The position numbers and the translations under genes are program-made. Shown here in pieces: positions 59,501-64,000 of a stretch of 64,000 nucleotides of DNA. The DNA is taken from the NCBI RefSeq assembly GCF_021028975.2, contig NC_059430.1, positions 91,946,001 through 92,010,000 of the forward strand, in the 5' to 3' direction. Every line of letters starts with the position of its first letter. Position 1 is the stretch's first letter. The notes beneath the pieces were generated by a model. It searched no databases, had not been told where the DNA came from, and saw only the letters and a list, made by a program, of their open reading frames with translations. The stretch is from Sphaerodactylus townsendi. Its lineage: Eukaryota.

Positions 59501-62500
59501 TGCATTCCAGGGCTAACTTTTTTGTCCCTTAATATCAGCTTATACAGCCTAATGCTTTTACTAACAAACACAAATATCCAGAATAAAATTTCTAAACTTA
59601 AACATTAGGGAAAAACTTTAAGGAATAAAACACATATACTTATAGGCAAGAATATCCTAAGCTAACAATGACAAAACCTTAAACTGATTGAAAAACCTAG
59701 CTAAAATATAAACCTAGACAAAATTCAGCACAAAAAGGGCTTTCATAATATCCTAAAAAGGGGCAGAGGCAAGAGGGAAACCATATAACATTGGCACAAT
59801 CACATATATACGTTCTTTGTGAGCCTCGTGGAAGCTTCTGAACCACATAAGTCTCTGCATCTTGATATGGAGCCAGTGTAGTCGTGTAACTTGACTCAAG
59901 AAAATATTTTGGCCATTTTCTTGGGCAGTAACAACTTCACAGGGCTGTTGTGAGGATAAAATTGGAGGTGGAAGAATGATGAGCACTACCTTGAATTCCT
60001 TGAAAGTAAGGCAGACTGACAGATGAAAGAAATTTCTTAGGCAGGTTTCACACATCCCTAAATTGAGAAGGTGTTTTTAATTTCTCTATTTAAAAATGGG
60101 TTCAAAAACATTATTTCTCAATTATTGCATTGCTTCAGGAAGTCCCTGACATTGCTGCAGGCACCTCAGCTGAGAAATGGCCAGGAACTGGTCTGAGACA
60201 ACCATTTTTTTTTACAAAAATTGTCCTGCATAAAGCCAAGGGGAGAGAGGGAGGTAAAGTAATAACCAGCCCCAGGCATAGTTCCAATACAGCTATGTCT
60301 GGCAAACTCTTATAGCTCGCAGGAATAACCTTTAAACTATCAAGGCTGCGGTATTCTATGGTCTCTTTACTAATCTATGTCCTGCGTTTCCAGGTTCACT
60401 GGAACTGCTCAGATCCATGGATCACCGTGCTCATGTATGTGCTTCCTATTCCCTCATTCAGATTTGCACACCATCAATGGACAGACATGGATGGAATTAT
60501 CAGGCTACAAGATAATGCTGTCTCTTCTTAGCAGAACCTTTAAAAATATATATGCAGACTCTTACAAAAGAAAATCTCTAATGCAATGCCAGGGATTCTG
60601 GATTGCTTTTCTATTTTTAGATGTCAGGATCTTTTAAAATGCATCTTCACTGCAGATCTCTGAATATACTTTGCTACCAATAATATAGGGCTTTTGTAAA
60701 AGAAAAACTAGCCCTTTTTATTCAATGCTGAAGCTATTTCTTGTTACAAAAAGCCAGTAAACTTTCTCATATTAGAACTGTGATGTAGAACAAGCAATTC
60801 TACACAGCTATGGAAGTCACAACACCCTCCCCCCCCCACACATACACCTTTCTTTGCAACTGGCCTACATATTTCCTATCTAGGGGGCCAAGTAGGATCC
60901 TTCACTTTGGTTATTTGGGCTAAGAAATTCCATAAGATTTGGGGGTGGAGCCAGGGATCATGAGGTTTTCGGGATGAGAAGGACCTCAGAATAGTTTTGT
61001 CCATGGAGTCTACCTTCCAAAAAGCCATTTTCTCCAGATGTAATTGTCTGATATCTTCGTGGTTCACCTGAAGGCTGGTAATCCTATTGTTTACCCCTAC
61101 AAATCTCCATTTGCTTCTGCTGTCCCTTAGCACAAGCTGCTCCATTGGGGATGCCTGATTCTGGCACCATCTGTCTGCCTCCTGACCTGGTCTATGGTGT
61201 AGTCAGGTCTCCAGTGAACAGTATTCAGAGCTAGCAATTGTAGTTAATCTATGAATCTGTAAGGTTCATCTTTGGAGAGATGATGAACATGGGAAATGCA
61301 GAATATAGATCAGACCTGCACAACAGAACCCAACCCCACCAGTGTGGCAGCCCTTCAAAAGATTAATGTGTTTGGCACCTGCCTGGAAAGAAAAGGAGAA
61401 GAAGGGATCTGCTGAAAACAGAGCACACTCTGGGTTAGTGGTTTGTATTTGGTTAGGTGGTTCAATAGTTGTCCAGGTCAGATGCAGGTTACATTGGAAA
61501 GAGCTGATAAGCCAGCAGCTTTGGACCATGATGTTACTGCAGTATAACACAGCTGATCAGGGCACATGTCTATTGCTAACCGGCCAGAATGTTCCAGTAA
61601 GACTTGGAAATCTCCTTCTAATCCCTCTCTTTATCCACTGTTGGCTCATAGTCCAAGATTTCTGGCAGTTGAATGTTTTCCAGTTCACTTTTGGAAGCAT
61701 TCAACTTTGCAAAACAAAGCCAGACCAGATACTCATGCTATGTGAGAAATGTATTATTCCATCAGATGGTGCCAAGTGTGACTTGCCTGTTGTCTCCCTG
61801 GAGTTGGAAATACATGTAACCCTGAAGTTGATTTCAAAGTCTGGATCTGCTTCATTTCAGAGCCAAATACTGCTAATGAACCAAGAACCCAGCTTGAGGG
61901 TGCTTTTGATCTCTCCTTGATAAATACTTCAGGAATGCCAAACACATCAGGGCAGTTGAGAGTTAGCACATACACAGGGGAAGAACAGATAGATAAAGTT
62001 GGACAGAGATGTTGGAAGTCAATAGCAAAACAAATCATTTTTGCCTAACAAGCTTATGATTCAGGGGATGGCATTTATCCTCGGGGGATCACATGTGGAA
62101 AACATAACTATTCTGCTAGATCAGATCAAGAGTCCAGGCAACCACTTCATTAATTGTCTCAACGTAGATCCTTCGCTTATTTTACAAAGCCAAAGCCTGG
62201 CTAACAACAATATAATATAGCTAACACATTATAATTAATTTAAAAGAAACAGCATAATTATGTACAAACTAGCAGTAAAGTCTTTCAGTAACTTTTTCAT
62301 CACACACAATGACTTTTTAGTCACACACATACTATCACACTCCAATGGACTGAGCAAGGAATACAAAAGAAAGGTGTAAACATGCAATTACTCTGCCATT
62401 TGCTCTGTACACACCCTAGCTGATCTTTTTTCAAGGCAGGCTCTTTAAGCTTAGGATATATTTTGTATATCTTGAAGATAAAAAGCATATTGATTTAGAT

Positions 62501-62696
62501 GAGTATTTTAACCATTTTACTATTATATTAATTTATGTTGGTATACTGAATTGTGTATACTGTATGTATGTTGTGAACTGCCCTGATCCTGGGCTTTGGC
62601 TGTGGCAAAGTGGGATAAAAATCAAAATAAAGTACCTTGGTGTCTTTGTTCAGACAGCCTTCATTTTGTCTGTTCCACATAGTAGCAGCCCACATA

Positions 62697-63002
62697 GGAG
62701 CAGCAGTGGCATAGTGGTTAAGAGCAGGTGCATTCTAGTCTGGAGGAACCAAGTTTCATTCCAAGCTCTGCCGCTTGAGCTGTGGAGGCTTATCTGGGGA
62801 ATTCAGATTAGCCTGTGCACTCCCACACACGCCAGCTGGGTGACCTTGGGCTAGTCACAGCTTTTCGGAGCTCTCTCAGCCCCACCTACCTTACAGGGTG
62901 TTTGTTGTGAGGGGGGAAGGGCAAGGAGATTGTAAGCCCCTTTGAGTCTCCTACAGGAGAGAAAAGGGGGATATAAATCCAAACTCTTCATCATCATCAT
63001 CT
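62697..63002 (+). mobile_element. Same young SINE; (cat)n tail
   Basis: Highly similar to 20010-20312. Confidence 0.9.
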
Positions 63003-64000
63003 GGATCTCAGGTGTGAGAGTTCCTTCCCTCAGATGAAATAAGCCAAAATAAACTACCAAAACAGACCTCACTCTCTCCATGCCCAGAGATGTTTATTAT
63101 CTCTGATTGCCCACCCCATATGAATTAAAGAATATTTCCTGAAACCTTTGGGAAGATGAAGTCCAGCCCTTCACATCCCAAGTCTCTGTGTTCCTTCTAG
63201 GTGTCAGATTCCCAGTTAAGGTATGAACTGACCATTTCATTGTTAATGGTCAGAAAAACTATTAGTATTTCCAAAGCTCTGATGGTTGGTACTTGGCAAA
63301 CCCTAAGAACAATAGACTTTCCCCTTCTTGCCTGTCTTCAGCTATGAGACAGAAAAGCATTTAAAATTCATTTGACCATGTCCAAACCTCCTGATAAAAT
63401 ATTATTTCTGAAAAAAAAAATTTACTAAAGAAAGGAAATCTGGGATAAAATTGATGTATCCTTCAAGGTCACGTGAATATCTTAAATGATCTCTTCAACA
63501 TCTGCTGAACCTATTTATGGAGTTACGGGAAGCAGTAGTGACTTAAGCGTCAAAACCAGAACTTTGAGTTGTGCCTAGAACCTAACTGGAAGCCAACTGG
63601 AAATCTTTTGGCACAGGTGGTTTCTGCCAAAACAGGTTTCTAGGGAGATGCATGGAGAATGCATTACCGTCTAACTTGGATGTTACCCAGACATGAATTA
63701 GATCACCTCTCCAGACCTAAATCTACTGGACATATATCAGTCAAAAATCTCATGAGCAACACGATAACTAGGATTACTCTGAATCCAGGATCTGCCTACT
63801 TGCTCTTTCTGGGAATAGTGTACCCTCCAAGACAAGTACCCGTTCCTGAATATACAATGTACATTGGCATTCCTGCCTTCTCAGAACTGAGCTGCAGCTG
63901 TACACATGGATATTAACTGGTCAGCAGAGTCCTCTGGAACTCCAACAAGAAGTACAGCCTAAAGGCAACTACTGTCTCTCACTCTGCTTCCCCTGCATCT

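Noticed and set aside
61342-61920. 192-aa ORF
   Set aside because: No ATG start, no recognisable motif and no convincing splice sites.

Overview
Vertebrate genomic DNA, most likely a squamate and probably a gecko (inferred from the repeat families). The window holds one host gene on the minus strand, LMNTD1 (IFLTD1, lamin tail domain-containing 1). I reconstructed it by hand as phase-compatible GT-AG exons at 38616-38432, 36477-36270, 32469-32283, 30377-30258, 27778-27570, 19905-19733 and 3141-3053, with a tentative last exon at 1915-1874. Upstream, about 40.4-52.4 kb, lie splice-site-bounded segments, mostly broken by stops or frameshifts, whose translations follow the lamin/intermediate-filament rod in order. 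They look like the decaying rod of an ancestral full lamin-like gene. The introns are dense with mobile elements. These include a 6.55-kb Ngaro-type tyrosine-recombinase retrotransposon inserted 6 bp from a splice donor, Penelope-like fragments carrying seven minimal hammerhead-ribozyme motifs, and a CR1 LINE with an inverted ORF2 segment. There are also L2 and RTE LINE pieces, a Ty1/copia gag-pol remnant, solo LTRs, tRNA- and 5S-derived SINEs, and many hAT and Harbinger MITEs. Two assembly gaps lie at 4584-4745 and 18546-18789. All homology calls come from motif recognition by eye; no searches were run.
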